Shown here: in pieces, positions 30,250 to 39,555 of the stretch | Layout: every line of letters starts with the position of its first letter | How positions within the stretch are numbered: position 1 is the stretch's first letter | Source: Candidatus Melainabacteria bacterium | Lineage (GTDB): Bacteria; Cyanobacteriota; Vampirovibrionia; 2-02-FULL-35-15 | Reading direction: 5' to 3' | Assembly: GCA_016201905.1 (NCBI GenBank) | Contig: JACQBQ010000001.1 | Span: forward strand, 3,405 to 67,404 | Length of the DNA stretch: 64,000 bases | Notes under the pieces: model-generated | What the model was told of the DNA's origin: nothing | Database searches by the model: none | The model's input: the letters and a program-made list of their open reading frames with translations, nothing else | Made by a program: the position numbers and the translations under genes

Positions 30250-32169
30250 ATGTCAGCACCTTCACCAGCCTTAATAGCTAAAGATGAAAAAATGAGTGCT
30301 GCCAATACTATAAAGAGATTTTTGTTAAGTTTGAATCAAAGTTTTAGTGAAAAAAAAATAATAGAACAAATATTTACTAATAAACAGTTCTTATCTCAAG
30401 TTTTTATGGGAGAAGAACAGAGGATGGAAATCAATCTTGAAATTAATGATGAATACAAATCTGTAAATCGGCTCTTGAAAGAGCTTTCAATTCAAATACA
30501 TATAGAAACAGGTGCCTCCCTTTATTTTTATACAGTATCTCCATTTATGGGTTCAGGCTGGGTTGTAAGGAAAGAAAAACCTGCTAATAGGAAAGTAGCA
30601 GGACTTATAGAAGATGAACCACCTGAAATTAAAGATATTGATCTGGATAAGTTTGTAGAAATTATAATGGATGCCACAAAAAAGATATATTATGTTTCCT
30701 TGTTTGAAAATAAGATAAAAAACATAGCATTTTTTTCTCACAATAGAGACGTGATCTTAAAAACAGTAGAAGAATTTGTAGAAAACTTTATTTTTTTTGG
30801 ACATACAAAGAGCGGATTAAACTTGTTTATTTTAGATGATTCTGATGATTCTGAAAGAAAAGTTAGAAAAAATAAAATTATAGACTTTGCTTCCAGTAGA
30901 TGTAAAGAAGCTGGAATAACAGTATTTTATTTAGGAGAAGAAGAAAAAAATAACAAAATCAACGATTATGAAAAAACAATCTCTAACATTCCACAGTTAA
31001 AACTAGAAAAGGGGAAAATTATAAGACTAATAAATTCAGCATTAGGACTGAAAGGAGGTCCTGGAGCAAATAGGAACTGGGCTTTTTTGCATAACTGTAT
31101 TCAAATAGATGATGATGTTCATCCATATACAAAGGTAAAAATTGATGGAGTGGAAAAAAATATTCCGATTGATATTCTTACTGGAATTAATAGAAGCTTA
31201 TTAAAGGAAGAAAGCAATGGAGTAAATTATGAATATTGTGGAGCAAGAGATGGTCCAGGTATAAGAAAACTTGCATTGTATTTTTCTGTTGATAAAGAGC
31301 CATATCCTCTTAGTTATCATTTAGATTATCTTTCTATGGTCAATGAAGACAAGCCTTTATTTACTCTTTATTCTTATTTTGATCCACGCAATTATCCTCC
31401 TCATGGAGGTGTTTTTGCTGTATTGCCAATGAACAATGATGTGCCAATTGTTCCTTCATCACCTACTTGTGAGAATTACTTAAGAGTAGAAGATTTTATC
31501 TTTCCTGCCATTGTTGAAAGAATAATTCTCATAAGGAGCAATAATAAAAGCAAAGGAAAGTTTTATCATCCTGGCGGAGCAGTATTTCATGAGCCTAAAT
31601 TTGGTCAAGCGCCAATAAATATTGCCAAGTCTGTAATAAATGAAATAATTGGTTTTATTTTTATTTATATTGTTATTAATGTATTTAAAAAAGAGGTGAT
31701 TAGCAAAAATGACCTTACTGAATTAGAGAAAAATTATACTGGCCTTTTAGAAAGATTAGGTGAAGCCTTAAATCAAATTATAGTAAACGATCAAATTGAA
31801 TTTTATGTTAAGTCATGGATTGAAAATACTGAAAGTCCAGACTTCGCGCTAGAAAGTGATTTCAAAGGTTTTAGCAAAAAAATAAATCTATTTTTTTCAT
31901 TATATGATAAACACAATCATTTACTTAATGAAACCAATCATCCTAAAAAAGCAGCAGTCGAAAGTATAAAAACAGTTTTAAAAGAATTAAACTGGTTAAC
32001 ATCTTTTGAAGAATGGAAGAGTAATAATTGCTCTATTGATTGGAAAAAATTAGATTTTTCTAAAGTCAACGATATCTTAAAAAAGGAAATAAAAACCTAT
32101 GCTGATACATTAATTATTTGGCCTTACTTACTTATAGCAGCTGGCTTGAATAATAAAAACGCTTTCTGA
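30250..32169 (+). CDS. Large hypothetical protein (639 aa)
   Basis: Uninterrupted ORF with one internal hydrophobic segment (IIGFIFIYIVINVF). No confident family assignment. Confidence 0.55.
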   Translation: MSAPSPALIAKDEKMSAANTIKRFLLSLNQSFSEKKIIEQIFTNKQFLSQVFMGEEQRMEINLEINDEYKSVNRLLKELSIQIHIETGASLYFYTVSPFMGSGWVVRKEKPANRKVAGLIEDEPPEIKDIDLDKFVEIIMDATKKIYYVSLFENKIKNIAFFSHNRDVILKTVEEFVENFIFFGHTKSGLNLFILDDSDDSERKVRKNKIIDFASSRCKEAGITVFYLGEEEKNNKINDYEKTISNIPQLKLEKGKIIRLINSALGLKGGPGANRNWAFLHNCIQIDDDVHPYTKVKIDGVEKNIPIDILTGINRSLLKEESNGVNYEYCGARDGPGIRKLALYFSVDKEPYPLSYHLDYLSMVNEDKPLFTLYSYFDPRNYPPHGGVFAVLPMNNDVPIVPSSPTCENYLRVEDFIFPAIVERIILIRSNNKSKGKFYHPGGAVFHEPKFGQAPINIAKSVINEIIGFIFIYIVINVFKKEVISKNDLTELEKNYTGLLERLGEALNQIIVNDQIEFYVKSWIENTESPDFALESDFKGFSKKINLFFSLYDKHNHLLNETNHPKKAAVESIKTVLKELNWLTSFEEWKSNNCSIDWKKLDFSKVNDILKKEIKTYADTLIIWPYLLIAAGLNNKNAF

Positions 32170-32193
32170 GAATTGAGCAATTTGTAAGCTATA

Positions 32194-32961
32194 CTACTTT
32201 ATCCCAAATAACTTCTTTGTGTTTTTAGATGTAATCTCTCCTACTTCATCTACGCTGACATTGTGAATCTTTGCAAGTTCTTCTGCAACAAATCTTACAT
32301 ACTTTGGTTCATTGCGTTTACCACGATGAGGAATTGGTGTTAAAAATGGGCAATCCGTTTCAATAAGACTATTTGTTAATGAGATCTCTCTAGCTGCTTC
32401 TTTTAGTTTTGTGGCATTGTTGAAAGTTAAAATCCCAGACCAGGAAATATAAAAACCAAGTTTAATTGCTTCTCTTGCTGTCTGTAAGTCTCCTGTGTAA
32501 CAGTGAAAAACCCCTGCACATTCCGGCTTTTCTTCTTTTAACATTTCAAGCGCTTCTTTAAATGCATCACGACAATGGATAATTAATGGAAGTGAAACTT
32601 CTTTTGCAATTTTTATTTGTTCTTTAAATGCAAGAAGTTGTTCTTCTTTAGAACTGTAGTTATAATAAAAATCTAAACCTGTTTCACCTATTGCTATTAC
32701 TGTTTCTTCTTTTGTGTATTTAATGATTGTGTCTTTTGTCACAGCTTGCCACAATTTTGCTTCATGAGGGTGAATTCCAACACTTGAATACAGATTTTTA
32801 TACTTTTTTGTTAAGATTAGATTCCTTTCTACCTCCTCGAGATTATCGCAAGACTGGACAATATGTGTAATTCCGTTAGAAAATGCTTCTTGTATAACTG
32901 TATCCCTGTCGTTATTAAACGGTTCGAGAATTAAATGGGAATGTGAGTCAATGAAAGTCAT
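32194..32961 (-). CDS. tatD: TatD family metal-dependent DNase/hydrolase
   Basis: Starts MTFIDSHSHL and carries the TatD His/Glu/Asp pattern (IVQSC, GLDFYY, HCRDA, ETDCPFL). Confidence 0.85.
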   Translation of the reverse strand: MTFIDSHSHLILEPFNNDRDTVIQEAFSNGITHIVQSCDNLEEVERNLILTKKYKNLYSSVGIHPHEAKLWQAVTKDTIIKYTKEETVIAIGETGLDFYYNYSSKEEQLLAFKEQIKIAKEVSLPLIIHCRDAFKEALEMLKEEKPECAGVFHCYTGDLQTAREAIKLGFYISWSGILTFNNATKLKEAAREISLTNSLIETDCPFLTPIPHRGKRNEPKYVRFVAEELAKIHNVSVDEVGEITSKNTKKLFGIK

Positions 32962-32988
32962 AGGTTTCTTAAAAATGGAAAAAAGAAC

Positions 32989-34953
32989 ATGAAAAAAACA
33001 AAAGAAGTTGAAAAGTATTTGATAAGAAAGAGACTTTTAGGACTTGCTCTTGGACTTGTTCTGGCTATTATTGTACTAAATGTAGATAAAAAATTGTGGT
33101 GGCCACTGGAACTTGAAACTACAAACAGCCGTAATACCAGGAATTGGTTGGTCAAGGATAAACTATCAACGAAAGATATTGTGGTTATCCTTTTTGATGA
33201 TAAAACACAATTTTTGCTCAGGCAGCATGGCATGCCCATAAAAGATTTCGAAAAAAAAGGCAGAGATTTAATTAATGTAGCGATTCAAAAACTTGAAGCA
33301 AGTCATGTGAGAGCCATAGGAATAAATTTAAACTTAAATAGTTCCTCCGAAACAAAATCAGATGAAAAGCTCGCAAGCACTATCTCGAAATATAAGAATA
33401 TAGTTATTGCTGATTCAATAAATTCTATTCTTGCATCTTCTTCAAATAAAATTTTAAAACGTGCCTCAAGTATTGGTTATGGTGAATTATATGCTGATTA
33501 TGACAGAATCGTTCACAAGATAAAGTTGGTTGATAAGGGATATAGAGACATTCAGTCTTTTTCTTATGCCTTATATAAAGTGGCAGCTAGGTCAGATGTT
33601 CCTTCTGATTTAAAAAATAGAAATGAGTTTTTTTTAAAGTATTCACAAGAACCAGTCATCAAATATTCCTTTATAGACTTAATTCAAGGAAAAATTAATC
33701 CGACCATGTTAAGTGGAAAAATTGTTGTTTTGGGTCTTGGTTTAAACAGCAAGCTAATCAGGGAGCAGCTTTTAAATCCTTATGAGAAAGATTCATTTAC
33801 TTCTGGCAGTGAGGTCCAGGCTACATCTTTAGCAAATCTTTTAAGTAAATCTTATTTGTTTAATTTTAGTTTTGATGAATATCCATTACATTTTATAATT
33901 CTAAGTGTAATATTGGGTACTATTTTTAGCAGTATACCGATTTTTAGAGGCTTTATAATTGCTCTTGTTCTTTTTATCGTGCAGGTTTTAATTAGTCATC
34001 TTGCTTATGACTACCATCAGATTTTACTTGACATAGTTCCTCTTTCATTCATACTGTTAGGAAATTTTGTTATTGGCTCTCTTATTTTCCTTCAGTTGAA
34101 TTTACAAGAACAAAACCTGGAGCTCGCTGAAGCCCTTACTATGTTGAGTTTACGAGGCAATGAACTAGAAAATTCTCAAAAGCAGCTTGAAAATAAAAAT
34201 ATTCAGTTAAGTAGCGCTCTTACAGAATTACACAAAAAAGTAAATGAATTAAAAGAGGTAAGAAAGCAGTTATCAGGTAGAAGTGAAGAAGAAAGAAAAA
34301 GAATAGCAAGAGAGTTGCATGATGATACTTTGGCAAGAGTGACTGACTTAAGAATTTGCATTGAATCAATGTTGAGCTCGAAAGGTTTTCCTTTAAATGA
34401 AAAAAGACAACTTGGCGGATTAATTCAGATTTTAGACAATGTAACCTGTGAAGTAAGAAGAATTATTAATGCTTTAAGGCCTTCTATGCTGGACAATGTT
34501 TTGGGATTAATTCCTGCAATTGAAAGTCTTTTAGATGAGCTTTCCGGAAGATCAAACCATAAAATACAAACAAAACTTACTACTTCTATTTCAAGATTAA
34601 AATTATCTGAGTCAGATGAAATAAATCTCTACCGCATAATCCAGGAGTCTTTAAATAATGTTTTTAAACATTCAAATGCTACAAAAGTCGAAATTATAAT
34701 TGACGAACAACCAGGGCAAGTTTTATTTTTAGTGCGTGATAATGGAGTCGGACTTAGTAGTGATAGCGGCAGTAGGGGCTTTGGTCTTGTAGACATGAAT
34801 GAAAGAGCTGAACTTATAGGTGCTTCTCTTCAGTACTTAAATAAACCAGCAGGTACTGGAGTTACTCTGGAAATCACCATTCCAATTAGTAAAATTATAA
34901 AGATTGAAAAAATAAGTTTTGAAAATGAAGTATTAGTGCATTCTGGTAAATAG
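32989..34953 (+). CDS. Sensor histidine kinase with a periplasmic CHASE2 domain, HisKA_3 (NarX/LiaS-type) and HATPase_c
   Basis: N-terminal TM, a ~270-aa extracytoplasmic domain, a TM cluster, H-box RIARELHDDTLAR, and ATP-lid motifs (NALRP, VRDNGVGL, GFGLVDMNERAELIGA). No response regulator is adjacent. Confidence 0.8.
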   Translation: MKKTKEVEKYLIRKRLLGLALGLVLAIIVLNVDKKLWWPLELETTNSRNTRNWLVKDKLSTKDIVVILFDDKTQFLLRQHGMPIKDFEKKGRDLINVAIQKLEASHVRAIGINLNLNSSSETKSDEKLASTISKYKNIVIADSINSILASSSNKILKRASSIGYGELYADYDRIVHKIKLVDKGYRDIQSFSYALYKVAARSDVPSDLKNRNEFFLKYSQEPVIKYSFIDLIQGKINPTMLSGKIVVLGLGLNSKLIREQLLNPYEKDSFTSGSEVQATSLANLLSKSYLFNFSFDEYPLHFIILSVILGTIFSSIPIFRGFIIALVLFIVQVLISHLAYDYHQILLDIVPLSFILLGNFVIGSLIFLQLNLQEQNLELAEALTMLSLRGNELENSQKQLENKNIQLSSALTELHKKVNELKEVRKQLSGRSEEERKRIARELHDDTLARVTDLRICIESMLSSKGFPLNEKRQLGGLIQILDNVTCEVRRIINALRPSMLDNVLGLIPAIESLLDELSGRSNHKIQTKLTTSISRLKLSESDEINLYRIIQESLNNVFKHSNATKVEIIIDEQPGQVLFLVRDNGVGLSSDSGSRGFGLVDMNERAELIGASLQYLNKPAGTGVTLEITIPISKIIKIEKISFENEVLVHSGK

Positions 34954-35553
34954 TCCTGAAAACACTATGCTTACTAAGTTTGCAAGCAAAAAAGTAAATA
35001 AGAAAAGCCCAAGAAGAAATGGAATAATTGCCATTAAAAGAACTCTCCATGCCTCCAGCTGAAAACTTTTAGCCAGCGCAATCCAAAATAAAACAAAACC
35101 CCAGATGCTTACTATTACTTCAAAAAAATTATATATTGAAGGATTTATAAAACCACTGATTAAATTAATAGGTGCCATTAGTAAAAAAGGAATACTGGAT
35201 AATCCAGTGAAACCAAGAAGTCTTGCCATATTGTTGTTTGGAGTTTTAAAGACTATGCTGAAGAAAGTAATAAACAACCCTACAAAAAACCAGCTTACAA
35301 AACCAATTACTTCAACACCAATAATATTCAGAATGCTTATATTATTAGGCTCTAGCTTCCCGAGATTTGATAAAAATACAGCTAAAATCCCATAGACAAT
35401 TACAGCAAAATTATCCTCAGTATATAATTCCTGAAAAGTAGTTCTTGGAGAAAATAAAATCCCATAAAATACTTCTAAAAAACTAATTTTTGGTCCGTCA
35501 GTTGGTAGGTTCTGCTCAAAATTTATATTTTCTGTATTCATTTTAATTCTCAA
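34933..35553 (-). CDS. Yip1-like polytopic membrane protein
   Basis: 206 aa with about 5 TM helices. Weak family call. Confidence 0.4.
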   Translation of the reverse strand: MRIKMNTENINFEQNLPTDGPKISFLEVFYGILFSPRTTFQELYTEDNFAVIVYGILAVFLSNLGKLEPNNISILNIIGVEVIGFVSWFFVGLFITFFSIVFKTPNNNMARLLGFTGLSSIPFLLMAPINLISGFINPSIYNFFEVIVSIWGFVLFWIALAKSFQLEAWRVLLMAIIPFLLGLFLFTFLLANLVSIVFSGLFTRMH

Positions 35554-35568
35554 TTCTTAATTCTGTTC

Positions 35569-36867
35569 TTATCTCACAATCTCATGGACTAATTTTAATT
35601 TACCAGGCTCATTCTGTCCAAATTTTAAAGCTGAAGATAATTTTCTCTTAGCAAACTCGGCATCTTCTTTGCATTTAGCATGGATTTCTAAAATAGGCTC
35701 GTCTTTAACCACTTTATCGCCATGTTTTTTATGGAATAAAATTCCAACTGAGTGATCTATTTGGTCAGATACAGATTTTCTGCCAGCACCAAGTTCATGA
35801 ACTACTTCACCGATTAAAAGAGCATCTATATTTTGTATATAGCCTTCACAATTACTTTTTAAAGATTCAATGTATTTTGCTTTTTTCTCTGGATTAAAGA
35901 TAGACTTTAAATTACCGCCTTGAGCTGAAATCATCTCTTCAAACTTTTTTAAGGCTTTACCGTGTAAAAGAATTTCTCTTAATTTACTTTCCAGATTTCC
36001 TTCTTGGGGTTTTAGATTTGCTCCTGCAATAGCTTCTTTTGCAAGACATATAACAATTTCAATTAAATCTTTTATTTCTTTTCCTGACAAAACTTCAAGT
36101 ACTTCTTTAATTTCTAAAGTATTGCCTACTGCATAACCTAGTGGCTGGTTCATATCTGAAATAACAGCCTTGGTATTTTTGTTTAGGTTTTTTCCTATAG
36201 TTACCATCTTTCTTGCAAGAGCTTGAGCCTCTTTTAAAGTTTTCATAAATGCTCCAGAGCCAAACTTTACATCAAGAATAATATTCTTTGATCCGCCCGC
36301 GATTTTTTTACTCATTATGGAAGATGCAATCAGTGGAATTGAATCTACAGTATCAGTCACGTCACGTATGAAATAAAGCTTTTTGTCGGCAGGAGCAAGT
36401 TCAGTGCTTGCACTACAGATAGCAAGCCCAATCTTTTTTACTTGTTCTTTTATTTGTTCAGTGCTTAAATTTGTTTTAAATCCTGATATTGACTCAAGCT
36501 TATCAATAGTCCCCCCGGAAAATCCAAGAGAGCGTCCTGAAAGTTTTGGTACGTTAATTCCATATGCTGCAATAAGTGGTGCAAAAAGCAAGGTCACTTT
36601 ATCACCGATGCCACCTGTACTATGCTTATCAATAGTAGGTTCCAGCCCTTCCCAGCTAAGCACAGTGCCTGAGTTTGCCATTGCTAAAGTTAAAGAAGTG
36701 GTTTCTTTATCATCCATTCCATTTCTCTTTACTGCTTTTAGCCATTCTGTAATTTCATCTTGAGTGAATTGACTCAAGTTTTTTATAAAAAAATTAATTT
36801 CTTCTTCTGTATGTGACTTAGAATCTTGTTTTGTTTTTATAAAATCTTTTATTTCTAGGGTTTGCAT
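35569..36867 (-). CDS. deoA: Thymidine/pyrimidine-nucleoside phosphorylase
   Basis: HSTGGIGDKVTL motif and family-wide similarity along the length. Confidence 0.9.
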   Translation of the reverse strand: MQTLEIKDFIKTKQDSKSHTEEEINFFIKNLSQFTQDEITEWLKAVKRNGMDDKETTSLTLAMANSGTVLSWEGLEPTIDKHSTGGIGDKVTLLFAPLIAAYGINVPKLSGRSLGFSGGTIDKLESISGFKTNLSTEQIKEQVKKIGLAICSASTELAPADKKLYFIRDVTDTVDSIPLIASSIMSKKIAGGSKNIILDVKFGSGAFMKTLKEAQALARKMVTIGKNLNKNTKAVISDMNQPLGYAVGNTLEIKEVLEVLSGKEIKDLIEIVICLAKEAIAGANLKPQEGNLESKLREILLHGKALKKFEEMISAQGGNLKSIFNPEKKAKYIESLKSNCEGYIQNIDALLIGEVVHELGAGRKSVSDQIDHSVGILFHKKHGDKVVKDEPILEIHAKCKEDAEFAKRKLSSALKFGQNEPGKLKLVHEIVR

Positions 36868-36869
36868 TT

Positions 36870-37634
36870 TTATTCCTTTGTGACCGCATTTAAAATTTCT
36901 TCCTTGATGTCAAAATTGGAATAAACATTCTGAACGTCATCATGGTCTTCTATGGCTTCAAGCAATTTTACAATGTTTTTTGCAGCTTCAATATCTGTAA
37001 TTTCAATATGTTCTTTGGGGCTGTAGGAGATCTGTGTTTCATTTGGTTTTATATTTTTTGCAAGAATATTTTTTTGTACTTTTTCCAGCTCTTCAGGCTT
37101 TGTAATTATGACGGCATAGTCATCGTCAGAAAAGTCAATGTCACTGGCTCCAGCTTCAATTGCAAGCTCATAGATTTCATCCTGATTTTTAAAGGAGGAG
37201 TTAGGTATTTTTATTTCACCACGTTTAATAAACATCCAGCTTACAGCACCTGCTTCGGCTAGTTTCCCGTGATATTTTGTAAAATAACTTCTCAGGTCAG
37301 AAACAGTTCTGTTTTTATTGTCAGTTGTGCACTGTATTAAAACTGCAGCACCACCAGGGCCATATCCTTCGTAAATGATTTCTTCGATTTTATAATCTTC
37401 CTGACCAATGCCTGCACCTTTTTCAATGGCTCTTTGAATATTGTTTTGTGGTACAAGACTTGTCTTTGCTTTTTCAATTGCAAATCTTAAACGAAAGTTG
37501 GCTTGCGGATCAGGTCCACCAAGTCTGGCAGCTACCATAATTTCCTTTGCAATTTTTGAAAATACAGCACCTCTTTTAGCATCTGTAACTGCCTTTTTAC
37601 GTTTTATTTGTGCCCATTTAGAATGTCCTGACAT
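36870..37634 (-). CDS. yebC: YebC/PmpR family DNA-binding transcriptional regulator
   Basis: N-terminus MSGHSKWAQIKRKKAVTDAKRG is the family hallmark. Confidence 0.9.
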   Translation of the reverse strand: MSGHSKWAQIKRKKAVTDAKRGAVFSKIAKEIMVAARLGGPDPQANFRLRFAIEKAKTSLVPQNNIQRAIEKGAGIGQEDYKIEEIIYEGYGPGGAAVLIQCTTDNKNRTVSDLRSYFTKYHGKLAEAGAVSWMFIKRGEIKIPNSSFKNQDEIYELAIEAGASDIDFSDDDYAVIITKPEELEKVQKNILAKNIKPNETQISYSPKEHIEITDIEAAKNIVKLLEAIEDHDDVQNVYSNFDIKEEILNAVTKE

Positions 37635-37740
37635 GGTTTTTATTTACAGTCTATCATTTTATTTTCCTTAGCTGCTATATTCTTATAGGTAAAATGTAAT
37701 CGGCAACGATACAAAGTAAGGAAATAAAAAAAACACGGAA

Positions 37741-38685
37741 ATGAAAGTCGATATAGTTAAGTTTAGATGGTTTTGGTTTGGATTTTCTCTTGCAGTATTA
37801 ATTCCAGGTATCTTTGCAATAGGAATGTGCATCAGTAAATATGGAGCACCGATAAAACTTGGACTGGATTTTACAGGTGGTACAAAACTCGAATATAAGT
37901 TTTCTCACAAAGTAGAATTAGAAGAAGTAAGAAAGATTTTAGATAGCCATAGGCTAGGTGGCAGTAACATTCAGCTTTCAAAACCAGCTAGTGATGGTTC
38001 ACAGGTAGTAATCATTAGATCAAAGGCTATTAAGGAAAGAAAATCCACACAAAAAAAAGCCAGTCAAAAAGAAAAACTAGATCAAAATCTCAGACAATCG
38101 CTTGGGGATTTTGAAATTTTATCCATAGACACGGTTAGCCCACTTATAGGCCCGGAGCTTTTGACTTCTGGACTGCTTGCTATGTTATTTACTATGGTTG
38201 GTATAGTGCTTTATATCAGCTATAGGTTTAAAAGAGACTATGCTATCTGTGCAATCATTGCTTTGCTTCATGACGTATTTATTTTAGTTGGTTTGTTTGC
38301 AATTTTTAGTTTATTGTGGGGTTTGGAAATTGATAGTTTGTTTATAACAGCCACATTAACCGTAATTGGTTTTTCTGTTCATGACACTATTGTTGTCTTT
38401 GACAGGATAAGGGAAAATTCAAAATATTTAAATAAAAATAAAGCATTTGGTGAGATAGCAAATGACAGCATAAATCAGACTCTCGTTCGCAGTATAAATA
38501 CGTCCATGACTACTTTAATTACTCTGGCTACATTGTATCTGCTCGGTGGGGAGACCACAAAAATGTTTGTCGGAGCTATGTTTCTTGGAATTGCCTCAGG
38601 TACCTATTCAAGTATTTTTGTAGCAAGCGCTCTTTTAGTCTGGTGGAGAGAAATGGCTAAAAGAAAAAGACTAAAGACAGCATGA
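37741..38685 (+). CDS. secF: Protein translocase subunit SecF
   Basis: GLDFTGGT motif and the 6-TM SecF architecture. No secD is adjacent. Confidence 0.85.
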   Translation: MKVDIVKFRWFWFGFSLAVLIPGIFAIGMCISKYGAPIKLGLDFTGGTKLEYKFSHKVELEEVRKILDSHRLGGSNIQLSKPASDGSQVVIIRSKAIKERKSTQKKASQKEKLDQNLRQSLGDFEILSIDTVSPLIGPELLTSGLLAMLFTMVGIVLYISYRFKRDYAICAIIALLHDVFILVGLFAIFSLLWGLEIDSLFITATLTVIGFSVHDTIVVFDRIRENSKYLNKNKAFGEIANDSINQTLVRSINTSMTTLITLATLYLLGGETTKMFVGAMFLGIASGTYSSIFVASALLVWWREMAKRKRLKTA

Positions 38686-38831
38686 TTAACCAGGACTTAC
38701 TAATCGGCGCAGGGTGTGCTTTTACAATATTAACCATCATCTTTACTTTATATTTAACTGTTTTTAGAAAAATTATGCCTGATCACAAAGAAGAAGATGG
38801 CAAACCATTTTTTCCTTTTGATGAGAAATAA
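38682..38831 (+). CDS. Possible 49-aa single-TM small protein, translationally coupled to secF
   Basis: Its ATG overlaps the secF stop (ATGA). One hydrophobic helix: LLIGAGCAFTILTIIFTLYLTVF. Too short to confirm. Confidence 0.3.
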   Translation: MINQDLLIGAGCAFTILTIIFTLYLTVFRKIMPDHKEEDGKPFFPFDEK

Positions 38832-38891
38832 TTCTACATGAGAAGTCATGATAAAATAAAATCTAGTTTTAATTTCTAAAGGAGGACTTAC

Positions 38892-39482
38892 ATGCGAATT
38901 TTCCCAGCGTCAATGCTTAAAGGTTTATCAAGTACTTATAAAAATGCACCTGACAGAGTAAATGGATTATTTTTTCTAGCAGTAGAAGCAGGAGATATAA
39001 AAGCAGTTAATAAAATAATTTCTATACCAGGTTTTGATGTTAACAAACCAAAAGATGTTCGTGGACACACAGCTTTAATGAATGCAGCTTTTAATAACTG
39101 TTATAAAATTGTTCAAGCTTTAATTAATAAAGGTGCAAATGTAAATGTAAAAACTGAAGGCCCTGCAGGAGGTTATACAGCGCTTCATGCTGCTATTGAA
39201 GGCAGTGTTCTTGAAGATACAGATGGAAACATAGGTATTATTAATTTACTTTTAAAGCATGGCGCAAATATAAATGGAGGGGATGGGTTTACTCCTTTAA
39301 TGGAAGCAGCAATACAGGCAAATAAAGAGATAGTAGAACTACTTCTCAGTAACGGTGCAGATCCCAATCTTAAGGATAATGAAGGACACACAGCACTTGA
39401 TTTTATAAAAGATGGAAGAGCTCATGGAAATACTCAGTTAATACGAGAACTGACTGATCTGTTAAGTAAAGCAATGAAATAA
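38892..39482 (+). CDS. Ankyrin repeat protein
   Basis: At least 4 ANK repeats (G.TALM.AA..N....V..L...GANVN; GYTALHAAIEGS; GFTPLMEAAIQANKEIVELLLSNGADPN; GHTALDF). Confidence 0.85.
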   Translation: MRIFPASMLKGLSSTYKNAPDRVNGLFFLAVEAGDIKAVNKIISIPGFDVNKPKDVRGHTALMNAAFNNCYKIVQALINKGANVNVKTEGPAGGYTALHAAIEGSVLEDTDGNIGIINLLLKHGANINGGDGFTPLMEAAIQANKEIVELLLSNGADPNLKDNEGHTALDFIKDGRAHGNTQLIRELTDLLSKAMK

Positions 39483-39490
39483 TTTTTTAG

Positions 39491-39550
39491 TGTCATTCCA
39501 GGCTTGACCTGCAATCCAGTATAGGTACGCTTGTAGAAATGGCATGATCA
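39491..39550. repeat. Possible degenerate remnant of the same element (TGTCATTCC...GGCATGATC)
   Basis: Left terminus resembles TGTCATTGC; weak overall. Confidence 0.2.
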
Positions 39551-39555
39551 AATTG

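Noticed and set aside
30500-30680. Nucleotidyltransferase (GS...DxD) motif in the 639-aa ORF
   Set aside because: The Gly-Ser to acidic-pair spacing (more than 20 residues) is too long for the Pol-beta-like motif.
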